Positions 19,771 to 29,574 of a stretch of DNA of 64,000 nucleotides are shown piece after piece. The notes below the pieces were generated by a model that saw only the letters and a list, made by a program, of their open reading frames with translations, did no database searches and was not told the origin of the DNA. The translations under genes were made by a program, and so were the position numbers. How positions within the stretch are numbered: the stretch's first letter is position 1; each line of letters starts with the position of its first letter. The DNA is taken from positions 5,341 to 69,340 of the forward strand of contig PNNC01000058.1 of assembly GCA_013824015.1 (NCBI GenBank). Reading direction: 5' to 3'. Source of the stretch: Polaromonas sp. Lineage in GTDB: Bacteria; Pseudomonadota; Gammaproteobacteria; Burkholderiales; Burkholderiaceae_C.

Positions 19771-20916
19771 TTACTGGGCGGGAAGCGTGATGTCCGTGGT
19801 TCCGGGGTGTACCCAGCGTGCAAACTCGCGCGTGGTGTCCAGGCAGCCGCCGTCCCGATACACGCCGCGTGCTTCGCGGTAGCGCTGCATCCGCGCCTGG
19901 ATGCGCCCGCTTTCCGCCGCGTCCAGCGAGGTCGCGGCCACCAGCGTTTCAACCCGGGCTTCGTCCATGCGCGCATCGCCGCCCGCGTCGAGGTAGGTGG
20001 CGTGGCGCCAGTGGAAAATTTCCAGGCACTTGTCGGCCAGCGTGTAGGGCTGGTCCTGTTTCCAGAAGTTGGTGAACAGGCCCTCCCCCAGGTAAATCAC
20101 CCAGGAGCCCTCATAACCCGAGGCCTCGGCCGAAGCCTCGTCGGGATTGCGAAACCAGACCCGGTCGCCCGGCACGAAGTAATGCGGCGGCAGCGGCGCC
20201 TCCATGCTGCCCTGCTCACGCAGGAAGACCTCGTGGAACTCCCCCGACATGATGGGTCGCCGGGTCCACAGCGCCTCGAGCTGGTGATAAAGCGCCGGGT
20301 TGCAGTGGGCGAGTTCCTCGGCAATACCCAGCAGCATCACGTATTCGGTGGCCCGGTAACAGGAAAACGCATACAGCGTGCCGGATACCTCGGGCTGGGT
20401 CGCCTTGGCCAGCGCCGCCGTCAGGGACACGCCGGGCAGGATCACAAAGCCGCAATCCTTTTTGTAAATCCAGCAGTCGGCCGGGCGTTCCGCCTGGCTG
20501 GTGTGGAAGGACAGCGTGGTCTTGCGTGCGGCCTGCACGATGTTGCGCCGGATGTGCACCGCGGACACCAGTTCGTCCAGGCCGGGAAACACGGCGTCCA
20601 CCGGTGCCACCAGCAGCGCCAGCACGATTTCACGCACCAGATCGGCCGGTTCATGCGCGGGGTCCAGGCGCAGCGCGCGGGACAGCCCCAGCGTGTCGTG
20701 GCCGGGCGCCCACTCGGCAGCCTGTTCCGCAGCCAGGCTGAAACGCAGCCAGCGTCCCTCGGCATCCGCGCCTTCGCTGACGACCACCGATGCGGCGAGC
20801 TCCTGGGCGTCAAGGCGAGCCAGCAGGGCCTGCAGCGCCTGCGCAGCGCTGCAGCCTGCGGTCTGCCGCAGCACGATGCCGCCGGCCGGTCCGGCGGGTT
20901 TGCCCGATTGCTTCAT
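19771..20916 (-). CDS. Tgl-like (protein-glutamine gamma-glutamyltransferase-like) hypothetical protein
   Basis: Colinear blocks IRRNIVQAAR, YAFSC, FVPGDRVWFRNPD, GSWVIYLG resemble Bacillus Tgl as recalled. Confidence 0.7.
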   Translation of the reverse strand: MKQSGKPAGPAGGIVLRQTAGCSAAQALQALLARLDAQELAASVVVSEGADAEGRWLRFSLAAEQAAEWAPGHDTLGLSRALRLDPAHEPADLVREIVLALLVAPVDAVFPGLDELVSAVHIRRNIVQAARKTTLSFHTSQAERPADCWIYKKDCGFVILPGVSLTAALAKATQPEVSGTLYAFSCYRATEYVMLLGIAEELAHCNPALYHQLEALWTRRPIMSGEFHEVFLREQGSMEAPLPPHYFVPGDRVWFRNPDEASAEASGYEGSWVIYLGEGLFTNFWKQDQPYTLADKCLEIFHWRHATYLDAGGDARMDEARVETLVAATSLDAAESGRIQARMQRYREARGVYRDGGCLDTTREFARWVHPGTTDITLPAQ

Positions 20917-21185
20917 GCGCCCGATCTCCTCCGGCCGGTTCTGCCGTTGTTTGCAAGGTCTGCGGCAGCTCCTCCTGCCTCGTCGCGGCCAATATACCCC
21001 AGGCTTTTTGTCTAGGGGCTAACCCCGAGGTGTGGCGACGGCGGTCCGGACCGCGCTGTGCGTTGGCCGCGCCATTGCGGCGATAATTGGCGGCAGCCCG
21101 CGATTTTTCCGTCGCTGCATCGACATCCCGGCGCACCTTCACATGCCCGGTCACGCCGACCCCACCACCTCCCGGAGATCCTTTC

Positions 21186-22295
21186 ATGACCACCGTACGC
21201 CGCACGTTTCTCAAAAATGCCGCCGCCGCCTCCCTGGCTGCCGCATTCCCCGCCGTCAACTTCGCGCAGGCGCCCGCCCGCAGCCAGTTCGCGCCCCAAA
21301 GCGGCGCCTGGCGCACCTTCGACGTCACCACCCGGGTGGACATCCTGAAGTCCCAGGGCGTGACCAGGGTCTGGCTGCCGATCCCGTCGGTCAACAGCGA
21401 CTACCAGCGTTCGCAGGGCAACAGCTTTTCCGGCAACGGCGCGACCGACCTGACCGACGACGGCACGGACGGCGCGAAGATGCTTTATGCGGAATTTCCT
21501 GCCGGCCTCGCGCAGCCTTTTGTCGAGCTGACCAGCCGGGTGCAGACCCAGGGCCGTGCCATCGACTGGTCGCAGAAAACCGCGACGCGTGAAGATGCCG
21601 ACACCCTGCGCCACTTCACGCGGCCGACAAAGTTTTTGCCCACCGACGGCATCGTCCGTGCGACCGCGCAAAAAGCCATCGCAGGCGCAAAAACCGACGT
21701 CGAAAAAACCCGGAAGCTGTACGACTGGATCGTGGCCAACACCTACCGCGACCCCAAGGTGCGCGGCTGCGGCGAAGGCGACATCAAGACCATGCTGGAA
21801 ACCGGCAACCTGGGCGGCAAGTGCGCCGACCTGAATGCGCTGTTTGTGGGCCTGTGCCGCTCGGTCGGCATTCCTGCACGCGACGTGTACGGCATCCGCC
21901 TGGTGCCTTCGGCCTTCGGCTACAAGGAGCTCAGCGGCAACCCGGCCAGCCTCAAGGGCGCGCAGCACTGCCGCTCGGAAGTGTTCCTCAAGGGTTATGG
22001 CTGGGTGGCGATGGACCCGGCCGACGTGGCCAAGGTGATGCGCCTGGAAACGGCCGACTGGATCAAGAACACCACCGACCCGGTGGTGGCACCGGTGAAC
22101 AAGGCGCTGTTCGGCGGCTGGGAAGGCAACTGGATGGCCTACAACACCGCGCACGATATCGCCCTGCCGCATTCGAAACTCGAGAAGCTGGGCTTTTTCA
22201 TGTACCCGGTGGCAGAAGACGCGGGCGGGCGCTTCGACTCCTACGCGCCGGACGACTTCAAGTACCAGATCACGGCCAAAGAAATCAAAGCTTGA
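21186..22295 (+). CDS. Tat-exported transglutaminase-like domain protein
   Basis: TVRRTFLK Tat motif; GKCADLN, QHCRSE, MDPAD Cys-His-Asp triad; ggaga RBS before ATG 21186. Confidence 0.88.
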   Translation: MTTVRRTFLKNAAAASLAAAFPAVNFAQAPARSQFAPQSGAWRTFDVTTRVDILKSQGVTRVWLPIPSVNSDYQRSQGNSFSGNGATDLTDDGTDGAKMLYAEFPAGLAQPFVELTSRVQTQGRAIDWSQKTATREDADTLRHFTRPTKFLPTDGIVRATAQKAIAGAKTDVEKTRKLYDWIVANTYRDPKVRGCGEGDIKTMLETGNLGGKCADLNALFVGLCRSVGIPARDVYGIRLVPSAFGYKELSGNPASLKGAQHCRSEVFLKGYGWVAMDPADVAKVMRLETADWIKNTTDPVVAPVNKALFGGWEGNWMAYNTAHDIALPHSKLEKLGFFMYPVAEDAGGRFDSYAPDDFKYQITAKEIKA

Positions 22296-22313
22296 AGAAG
22301 GTGTGAATGTCTG

Positions 22314-22346
22314 AAAGATGCGCCTCGATGGCGCATTTTTTTTTTG
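22314..22346 (+). terminator. Intrinsic terminator
   Basis: atgcgcc-tcgat-ggcgcat followed by a long T run. Confidence 0.85.
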
Positions 22347-22384
22347 TACGACGAAAAATCCAGGCTGCCCGGCGCAAGCCATGC

Positions 22385-23296
22385 TCAGGGAAACACCAGC
22401 CGCTGCTTGCTGCGGAACTGCCGGCGCTGGCCGGTGAAGGGGTCGTCGAAACTGATGGCCTGCGCCAGCAGTTGCAGCGGAAAGCGGTAGTCGTCGTCGG
22501 GCGTCGGGTCCAGCGGCGGGTAGACGCGGTCATTGAGGATGGGCAGGCCCAGTGCATCCATGTGCACGCGCAGCTGGTGTTTTTTGCCGGTGACCGGGCG
22601 CAGGCCATAACGTGCCAGCGGGCCGCGGGTTTCCAGCAGTTCGATGGCGGTTTCGCTGTTCGGTGGCCCGTCCACCTCGGCCTGGCGGAAGAAGGGCTGG
22701 CCTTCAACGATGCGGCTGCGGCGCACGCGCGGAAATTCGATGTCGGCGCGCCAGGGCGCAATCGCCTCGTAATACTTGTCCACCGTGCGTTGCCGGAACA
22801 AGTCCTGGTAGGCGGCGCGTTCTTGCGGCTGCACTGAAAACAGCACGATGCCGGCGGTTTCGCGGTCGATGCGGTGGATCGGGCTCAGGCCGTCCAGGCC
22901 GAGACGGTTTTTCAGGCGCACCAGCAACGTCTGCTGCAGGTAGTGGCCCGAGGGGGTGACCGGCAAAAAGTGCGGCTTGTCGACCACCACCAGGTGTTGA
23001 TCCTGGAACAGCAGCTCCTCGTCGAAGGGGATGCGGGTTTCCGGAGGCAGCGCGCGGTAGTAATACAGCCGCAGGTGGCCGCGGTAGGCGCGCTGGGGTG
23101 TGACGGCCTCGCCGAACTCGTCAACAACTTCTGCGGCCGCCATGCGCTGCAGCCAGACTTCGCGTGAAATGTCGGGAAAACGCTGGACCAGGAAATCGGT
23201 GAAGCTCGGCCAGTCGCCGCCGGGCAGGCTCACACAGCTGGGGCTCACGCCGTCGCGGACCGGCAAACCGCCGAGCGCGATGCGCTGCTTTTTCAC
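22385..23296 (-). CDS. RluA-family pseudouridine synthase
   Basis: [25 protein letters not shown]. Confidence 0.9.
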   Translation of the reverse strand: MKKQRIALGGLPVRDGVSPSCVSLPGGDWPSFTDFLVQRFPDISREVWLQRMAAAEVVDEFGEAVTPQRAYRGHLRLYYYRALPPETRIPFDEELLFQDQHLVVVDKPHFLPVTPSGHYLQQTLLVRLKNRLGLDGLSPIHRIDRETAGIVLFSVQPQERAAYQDLFRQRTVDKYYEAIAPWRADIEFPRVRRSRIVEGQPFFRQAEVDGPPNSETAIELLETRGPLARYGLRPVTGKKHQLRVHMDALGLPILNDRVYPPLDPTPDDDYRFPLQLLAQAISFDDPFTGQRRQFRSKQRLVFP

Positions 23297-24033
23297 ACGT
23301 GCTCGAACACCAGGTCCCAGACGCCGTGCCCGAGCTTGATGCCGCGGTTTTCAAACTTGGTCAGGGGCCGGTAATGCGGCTTGGGCGCGTAGCCGCCGTC
23401 GCTGCTGCCGGCGGTGTTTTTCAGCAGCGGTTCGGCCGCCAGCACCTCGAGGATCTGCTCGGCATACGGCTGCCAGTCGGTCGCGCAGTGAAGATAGCCG
23501 CCGGGTTTGATCCGTGTCACCAGCTGCGCAATCAGCGGCGGCTGGATCAGCCGGCGCTTGTTGTGTTTTTTCTTGTGCCAGGGATCGGGGAAAAAAATGT
23601 GCACGCCGTCCAGGCTCTGCGGCGCCAGCATGTGCTGCAGCACTTCGACCGCGTCGTGCTGGATGATGCGGATATTGCCGAGGCCCTGCTCGCTGATGCG
23701 TTTGAGCAGCGCCCCCACGCCGGGCGTGTGCACCTCGCAGCAGAGAAAGTTTTTTTCCGGCATCAGCGCGGCGATGTGGGCGGTGGCTTCGCCCATGCCA
23801 AAGCCGATTTCAAGAACCGTGGGCGCCGTGCGCCCATACACCGCCGCAAAGTCCAGCGGTTCGGGGGCATAGGGCAGCAGGTAGGCCGGGCCGACGTCTT
23901 CGAAAGCCTTGGCCTGGCCGACCGTGGTGCGGCCGGTGCGGCGCACAAAGCTGCGGATGCTGCGGTGGTGGGCGGTATCGGCCGTCTCTGGCATGGGAGG
24001 GGCGGTGTCGCCGGGGGAAGTTGTTTCAGTCAC
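23293..24033 (-). CDS. trmB: tRNA (guanine-N7)-methyltransferase
   Basis: [31 protein letters not shown]; start approximate. Confidence 0.95.
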   Translation of the reverse strand: MTETTSPGDTAPPMPETADTAHHRSIRSFVRRTGRTTVGQAKAFEDVGPAYLLPYAPEPLDFAAVYGRTAPTVLEIGFGMGEATAHIAALMPEKNFLCCEVHTPGVGALLKRISEQGLGNIRIIQHDAVEVLQHMLAPQSLDGVHIFFPDPWHKKKHNKRRLIQPPLIAQLVTRIKPGGYLHCATDWQPYAEQILEVLAAEPLLKNTAGSSDGGYAPKPHYRPLTKFENRGIKLGHGVWDLVFEHV

Positions 24034-24998
24034 GGGACTGATTTTACGGGCGTGTACAGCTCGGCCCATTGCTGCACCGCCTGCGCCAGCCAGTCGGCCA
24101 GGCTTTCGGCCGCGGCCACCTGCAGGCCCAGCACCTGTGCCGCTGAATTCAGGGCGGCCAATGGCGCACCCACGTCCAGCGCTTGCGCGCCGTTCTGCTT
24201 GGACAGTTTGTCGCCGTCTTCGCCAAGCACCAGCGGCAGATGCAGGTAGCGTGGCGTGGGCAGGCCCAGCGCGCGCTGCAGCAGGATCTGGCGCGCGGTG
24301 TTGTCGGCCAGGTCCTCGCCGCGCACGATGTCGGTGATGCCCTGGGCGCCGTCATCGACCACCACGGCGAGCTGGTAGGCCCAGAGGCCGTCAGCGCGCT
24401 TGAGCACGAAGTCGCCCACCGCCCGGGTGACGTTTTGTTGCTGCGCCCCGAGCCGCCGGTCCAGCCATCGCACGTTTTCGTTCGCTATCAAATCAATAGC
24501 TGTATCCCCATGCCCGACATGGGCTGGAGGCTGATTTTGTTCAGTATCCTGGGTCAGGAAACGCCAGGCGCGCGCCGGGCGGCCGTGCAGCCCGTGACGG
24601 CAGGTGCCGGGGTAAACCAGCTCGCCATGGCGGGGTTTGGGCTGTCCGGCCTGAGCCAGCGCCTGCGCAATGTCCTGTCGCGTGCAGGCGCAGGGGTAGG
24701 CGAGCTGCCGGCCGATCAGCGCATCAAGCGCAGCCTGGTAGGCCGCACCGCGCTGTGACTGGTACAGCGGCGGCGCATCGGGTCGCAACCCGCAGGCAGC
24801 CAGCTGCTGCAGGATCAGGGTGTCGGCGCCCGGAACGCAGCGCGGCGTGTCGATGTCCTCGATGCGCACCAGCCAGCGGCCGTCGTGCGCCCGCGCATCG
24901 AGCCAGCTTGCCAGTGCCGCGACCAGTGAGCCGGCATGCAGCGGCCCGGTGGGTGAGGGCGCGAACCGGCCCATATAGCTGGCCCCCCCGCTTGTCAC
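24030..24998 (-). CDS. gluQ: Glutamyl-Q tRNA(Asp) synthetase with repeat-derived insert
   Basis: [36 protein letters not shown]. Confidence 0.93.
   Translation of the reverse strand: MTSGGASYMGRFAPSPTGPLHAGSLVAALASWLDARAHDGRWLVRIEDIDTPRCVPGADTLILQQLAACGLRPDAPPLYQSQRGAAYQAALDALIGRQLAYPCACTRQDIAQALAQAGQPKPRHGELVYPGTCRHGLHGRPARAWRFLTQDTEQNQPPAHVGHGDTAIDLIANENVRWLDRRLGAQQQNVTRAVGDFVLKRADGLWAYQLAVVVDDGAQGITDIVRGEDLADNTARQILLQRALGLPTPRYLHLPLVLGEDGDKLSKQNGAQALDVGAPLAALNSAAQVLGLQVAAAESLADWLAQAVQQWAELYTPVKSVP
24484..24546 (+). repeat. Family-1 palindromic repeat inside gluQ (antisense to gene)
   Basis: gctatcaaatcaatagc..cccatgcccgacatgggctggaggctgattttg. Confidence 0.85.
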
Positions 24999-25049
24999 GT
25001 CATGGGTCCGTTGGTCCTGAGCCTGTCGAAGCAGGGTGGCCCGCCAGAC

Positions 25050-26144
25050 TCAACAGACCGCCAACGCCATTTCCAGCCCGGAGAGAAAGCCGTCCTCAAC
25101 CCGGTGGCCGGTGCACCAGTCGCCGCAGGCGCCGATGCGGGATTTGGCGTCCCACAAAAAGGGCTTGCCCAGCACCTCGGTGGTCTGGGCGTAACGCCAG
25201 CGGTGCACCGCGGCATGTGGTGGTTGGGCACGGATGCCGGTGACTTCGGTGAAGGCTTTCAGCAGTTTGGCCTTGACCCGTTCGTCGTCGTCCTCGAGGT
25301 GGCGCTCCGACCATTCGGGGCTGGCCTGCACGGTCCAGCGCTCGATGGCGCTGCGGCCGGGCTTGGAGGATTCGCGGGCCAGCCAGGCAATGCGGTGGTG
25401 GGTGCTGCGCGCGGCGTTCCACTGCGGGCCCAGGTGCGGCAGGGTCGGTTGAAGGGCCTGCGGAAAGGCCAGCATCAGGGTCCAGCAGGGCGCGATGCTG
25501 ACGTCGGCCAGCGCCGGCATCAAGGCCTTGCCCTGTTGCGAGCTCAGCAGCAGCGCATGCGCCTGCGGCGAGGGAATGGCGAGGATCACCGCATCAAAGC
25601 CCGAATACACCAGGCTGCGCGCGCCCGGCCCTTCGGTCTGCAACTGCCAGCGCTCGGGGTGCAGCTTGTCCGCTTCCATCCGGATCACCTGGGTTTCCAG
25701 CACCAGCGCATCGGCAGCCGCCAGCGGCTGGGCCCATTGCTTGACCAGCGCATTCATGCCCGGTGTCGGCACCCAGTGCGCCTCCTTGGGCGGCAGGGAC
25801 GAGGCCACGACGCGGCCGGCCTCGTCCAGAATGCGCACGGTGTTGGCGCTCCAGGGACGCACCAGGCCGGCACTGGTGGCCAGCGCTTTTTCGAAACGCG
25901 CATCGCGCACCGTGAAGTACTGCGTGCCGTGGTCGAAGTCGCCGAACTCGGTGTGGCGCGTCGCCATGCGGCCGCCGGGACTGCGGCTTTTTTCAAACAC
26001 CGTGACGCGGTGGCCGGCCTGCACCAGCGTCCGTGCGCAACTGATGCCGGCGATGCCGGCGCCCACCACGGCGTAGTGCCGGGGGACGGACGGGGCCGCA
26101 GGAGGTTTGGAGGGTTTTTTGCCGGGTTTTGTTTTTGCTGTCAT
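25050..26144 (-). CDS. Renalase-like NAD(P)/FAD-dependent oxidoreductase
   Basis: GAGIAG, EKSRSPGGRMATR, FDHGTQYFT, HRWRYA, CGDW. Confidence 0.88.
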   Translation of the reverse strand: MTAKTKPGKKPSKPPAAPSVPRHYAVVGAGIAGISCARTLVQAGHRVTVFEKSRSPGGRMATRHTEFGDFDHGTQYFTVRDARFEKALATSAGLVRPWSANTVRILDEAGRVVASSLPPKEAHWVPTPGMNALVKQWAQPLAAADALVLETQVIRMEADKLHPERWQLQTEGPGARSLVYSGFDAVILAIPSPQAHALLLSSQQGKALMPALADVSIAPCWTLMLAFPQALQPTLPHLGPQWNAARSTHHRIAWLARESSKPGRSAIERWTVQASPEWSERHLEDDDERVKAKLLKAFTEVTGIRAQPPHAAVHRWRYAQTTEVLGKPFLWDAKSRIGACGDWCTGHRVEDGFLSGLEMALAVC

Positions 26145-26153
26145 GGCTGCACT

Positions 26154-27143
26154 CTACACGCTGTGGTGACGCTCCAGCAATGCCAGTTGCGTCAGCGGGC
26201 TGGCCAGCTGCGTCAGCCACCAGCTCAGGGCCCGGCCCGGCGTGCCCGTCAACGCCGCCGGGGCCGCTGCCTTGCCGCCCCTTTTGATGGCCGCGGGGGT
26301 CGCGCCGCGCCAGGCGTAACTCATGGCCACCGGGCTGCGCGGCCGGTCCACGGTCTTGACCACCAGCCGCCCGGCCGCGATGTAGGGACGGGCCAGGCAC
26401 TCGGGCAGAAAGCCGCAACCCATGCCGCGCAATTGCGCCTCCAGCTTGTGCTGCATGGTCGGCACAGTCAGCACGTCCTGGCCGCCCAGCAATCCGATGC
26501 TCAGGCCGTTGCCGCGCAAGGTGGTGTCGGCGACGGCGACGGCGCGGTATTGCTGCAGCAGCTCATCGCTGATGCTGCCCTGGACACCGGCCAGCGGGTG
26601 GTGTGGCGCCACCACATACACAAAGGCCAGTTGCCCCATGGGCCGGTTCAGGATGCCGCGCGATTGCGAAACTTCCACCACGCAGCCGATGGCCAGGTCG
26701 GCCTGCCCCGACACCAGGGTTTCCCAGGTGCCCGACAGGGTCTCGGAGCGGATGCGCAGCCGCGTCGGCGGATTCAGCGCATAAAAGGCCTCGCAGAGCT
26801 CAAACAGCGTGGTGCTGGAGACCACGCCATCGGCGGTGATGGTCAGTTGCGGCTCCCAGCCAGTGGCCACGCGGCGCACGCGGTGGGCCACCGCGTCGAG
26901 TTCGATCAGCAGGCGGTTGCCCTCGCGCAGCAGCTCGTGGCCGGCTTCGGTCAGACGTGCCTGGCGCGAGGAGCGGTCAAACAGCAGCACATCCAGCGCG
27001 TCCTCCATCTGCCGCACGCGGTAGGTCAGCGCACTGGGCACCACGCCGAGTTCGCGCGCTGCGGCGGCGAGGCTGCCGGTGCGGTGCACGGCCTCGATCA
27101 GGCCCAGGGCTTCAGGAGTGAGGACATCGCGGACGCTGGACAT
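26154..27143 (-). CDS. LysR-family regulator (YhaJ-like)
   Basis: N-terminal HTH GSLAAAAREL..PSALTYRVRQME..LFDRS; divergent from pirin. Confidence 0.9.
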   Translation of the reverse strand: MSSVRDVLTPEALGLIEAVHRTGSLAAAARELGVVPSALTYRVRQMEDALDVLLFDRSSRQARLTEAGHELLREGNRLLIELDAVAHRVRRVATGWEPQLTITADGVVSSTTLFELCEAFYALNPPTRLRIRSETLSGTWETLVSGQADLAIGCVVEVSQSRGILNRPMGQLAFVYVVAPHHPLAGVQGSISDELLQQYRAVAVADTTLRGNGLSIGLLGGQDVLTVPTMQHKLEAQLRGMGCGFLPECLARPYIAAGRLVVKTVDRPRSPVAMSYAWRGATPAAIKRGGKAAAPAALTGTPGRALSWWLTQLASPLTQLALLERHHSV

Positions 27144-27172
27144 GGGCAAAGGGCTGTTCGGTGAAAGGCTGA

Positions 27173-27189
27173 ATTCAAATAATTTGAAT
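27173..27189. promoter_or_regulatory. Putative LysR operator
   Basis: Perfect inverted repeat attcaaat-a-atttgaat containing T-N11-A in the LysR/pirin intergenic region. Confidence 0.7.
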
Positions 27190-27280
27190 GATGCCATCAA
27201 ACAACAACAACTGCCAGGCGCTGGTGTCCGCCTACATTGGAGCTACCGGGAACACACCACACCCCTGAAAGGACCTTCAC

Positions 27281-27982
27281 ATGATCACCCTGAGAAAATC
27301 CGCCGAACGCGGTTATGCCGACCACGGCTGGCTCAAGTCCTACCACTCGTTTTCATTTGCCGGTTATTACGATCCTGCGCACATGGGGTTTGGCAACCTG
27401 CGCGTGATCAACGAAGACCGCATCGCGCCGGGCACCGGCTTCGGCACGCACGGCCACCGCGACATGGAAATCATCAGTTATGTGATGAGCGGCGCGATCG
27501 GGCACAAGGACAGCATCGGCAACGGCGCTTCCATCCCGCCCGGCGACGTGCAGCGCATGAGCGCCGGCCGTGGCATCCAGCACAGCGAGTTCAACCACGC
27601 CGCCGATGCCACCACGCATTTCCTGCAGATCTGGATCGAACCCAATGTCACAGGTATTGCGCCCGGCTACGAGCAGAAAACCTTTGCCACTGCCGAAAAA
27701 CGCGGCAAGCTGCGCCTGGTGGCGTCGAACGACGGCGCCCAGGGATCGGTGACCATCCACGCCGATGCCAGGCTGCACGCCGGACTGTTTGACGGCGACG
27801 AGCAGGCCGAACTGGTGCTGGATCCGCAGCGCAAGGCGTATGTGCAACTGGTGCGCGGTCAATTGCAGGTCAACGGCCAGACGCTGTCGGCCGGTGACGC
27901 CGCGAAGCTGGAGGACGAAAGCCGCCTTCAGCTGTCAGGCGGCAAGGATGCGGAGGTGCTGGTGTTCGATCTGGCACCATGA
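27281..27982 (+). CDS. Pirin family protein (YhhW/YhaK-like)
   Basis: HSFSFAGYYDP, GFGTHGHRDMEI, MSAGRGIQHSE. Confidence 0.93.
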   Translation: MITLRKSAERGYADHGWLKSYHSFSFAGYYDPAHMGFGNLRVINEDRIAPGTGFGTHGHRDMEIISYVMSGAIGHKDSIGNGASIPPGDVQRMSAGRGIQHSEFNHAADATTHFLQIWIEPNVTGIAPGYEQKTFATAEKRGKLRLVASNDGAQGSVTIHADARLHAGLFDGDEQAELVLDPQRKAYVQLVRGQLQVNGQTLSAGDAAKLEDESRLQLSGGKDAEVLVFDLAP

Positions 27983-28083
27983 TCACGCGGAACTTTATTC
28001 GCACAGGTGCACACTGACTTGCGCGCCACGGCGCTTAAGTTCATTATTTTTCTTTCTTCATAACTTATCAAAGAGGGCTCACC

Positions 28084-28494
28084 ATGCTTAACTCACTGCA
28101 AAACCCGTTTTCCCTGCTCGGCCGCGCGCTGATCGCCTTGCTGTTCATTCCTGCAGGCTTCGCAAAAATTGCCGGTTTCGCCGGCACCGCCGGCTACATC
28201 GCCTCCAAGGGGGTGCCGCTTCCTGAAGTCGCTGCGGCCATCGCGATCGCGGTTGAACTCGGTCTCGGATTGCTGCTGCTGGTGGGCTTCCAGGCTCGCT
28301 GGGCGGCGCTGGGTATTGCCATCTTCACCGCAGTGATCACCTTCATCTTCCATGCCTACTGGAATGTGCCGGTCGAGCAGGTCATGATGCAAAAGCAGGC
28401 CTTCTTCAAGAACATCGCCGTGGTCGGTGGTCTGCTGACCATTGTTGCCTGGGGTCCCGGTGCCTGGAGCGTGGACGCCAAGCTCAAGGGCTGA
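28084..28494 (+). CDS. DoxX family membrane protein
   Basis: GRALIALLF..K, ELGLG, FHAYW, FFKNIAVVGGLL. Confidence 0.88.
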   Translation: MLNSLQNPFSLLGRALIALLFIPAGFAKIAGFAGTAGYIASKGVPLPEVAAAIAIAVELGLGLLLLVGFQARWAALGIAIFTAVITFIFHAYWNVPVEQVMMQKQAFFKNIAVVGGLLTIVAWGPGAWSVDAKLKG

Positions 28495-28518
28495 TCCCCG
28501 GTCGGACGGTTGAACCCC

Positions 28519-28555
28519 CAGGCCAGTCCGTGACGACTGGCCTGTTTGTTTTTTT
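28519..28555 (+). terminator. Terminator-like hairpin inside the operon
   Basis: caggccagtc-cgtgac-gactggcctg followed by tttgttttttt. Confidence 0.65.
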
Positions 28556-28570
28556 AGCAAGGACAAGACT

Positions 28571-29125
28571 ATGACAACAGTTGTGGTGCTTTACCACTCC
28601 GGCTACGGCCACACCCAGCGCATGGCGCAGGCGGTGGCCGAAGGCGCGGGCGCCGACCTGCTGGCCATCGATGCCGATGGCAACTTGCCGGAAGGCGGCT
28701 GGGAGGCCCTGGCCGCGGCCGATGCCATCATCATGGGCTCACCCACCTACATGGGCAGCGTGAGCTGGCAGTTCAAGAAGTTTGCCGATGCTTCGTCCAG
28801 GGTCTGGTACACCCAGGGCTGGAAGGACAAGCTGTTCGCGGGCTTCACCCACAGCGCGGCGATGAACGGCGACAAGGCATCGACACTGAATTACCTGTTC
28901 ACGCTGGCGATGCAACACGGCGGCCTGTGGGTCAGCCAGGGCGTGATGCCCAGCAACAGCAAGGCCTCGCAACGCAACGACCCGAACTACCTCGGCTCCT
29001 ACAGCGGCGCGATCGGCCAGGCCCCGGCAGATGCCGGCGCCGGCGACATGCCGCCTGGCGACCTGGCGTCGGCACGCGCCTTTGGCGAACGCGTCGCCGC
29101 CGTCAGCGCGCGTTTCAAATCCTGA
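28571..29125 (+). CDS. Flavodoxin/WrbA-like NAD(P)H:quinone oxidoreductase
   Basis: YHSGYGHT, GSPTYMG. Confidence 0.9.
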   Translation: MTTVVVLYHSGYGHTQRMAQAVAEGAGADLLAIDADGNLPEGGWEALAAADAIIMGSPTYMGSVSWQFKKFADASSRVWYTQGWKDKLFAGFTHSAAMNGDKASTLNYLFTLAMQHGGLWVSQGVMPSNSKASQRNDPNYLGSYSGAIGQAPADAGAGDMPPGDLASARAFGERVAAVSARFKS

Positions 29126-29166
29126 GCGACACTGCTGCAATACTGTCACGCATTCAAGGAGTCCCC

Positions 29167-29574
29167 ATGTCTGTTGAGTTGACCCGCGACAAAAGCCACG
29201 ACCTCGCGCAAAGCCTCGTGATCGGCCGTCATTCACTGCCCGCCGATGCCACGCTGGCGGAGGGCGGCGACGATGCCGGCCCGAGTCCGCATGACCTGTA
29301 CGACGCCGCACTGGGCGCCTGCAAGGCCATCACGGTACTGTGGTACGCCCGCAAGAAGGGCATCCCGGTGGACGATGTCAACACGGTGGTGACGCGCGAC
29401 GATTCGCAAGAACGTGCCGGCATCTACAAACTGAGCGCTACGCTGCAGATCCGCGGCGCGCTCAGTGATGCCCAGTTGCAGGAGCTCGAAGCGGTCGCCA
29501 AAAAGTGCCCGGTGCACAAACTGATGGCAACCGTCACCACCGAGATCGCCACCCAGGTGCAGAGGCTGCCATGA
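29167..29574 (+). CDS. OsmC family protein
   Basis: GPSPHDL..ALGAC, KCPVHK; aggag RBS before ATG 29167. Confidence 0.9.
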   Translation: MSVELTRDKSHDLAQSLVIGRHSLPADATLAEGGDDAGPSPHDLYDAALGACKAITVLWYARKKGIPVDDVNTVVTRDDSQERAGIYKLSATLQIRGALSDAQLQELEAVAKKCPVHKLMATVTTEIATQVQRLP

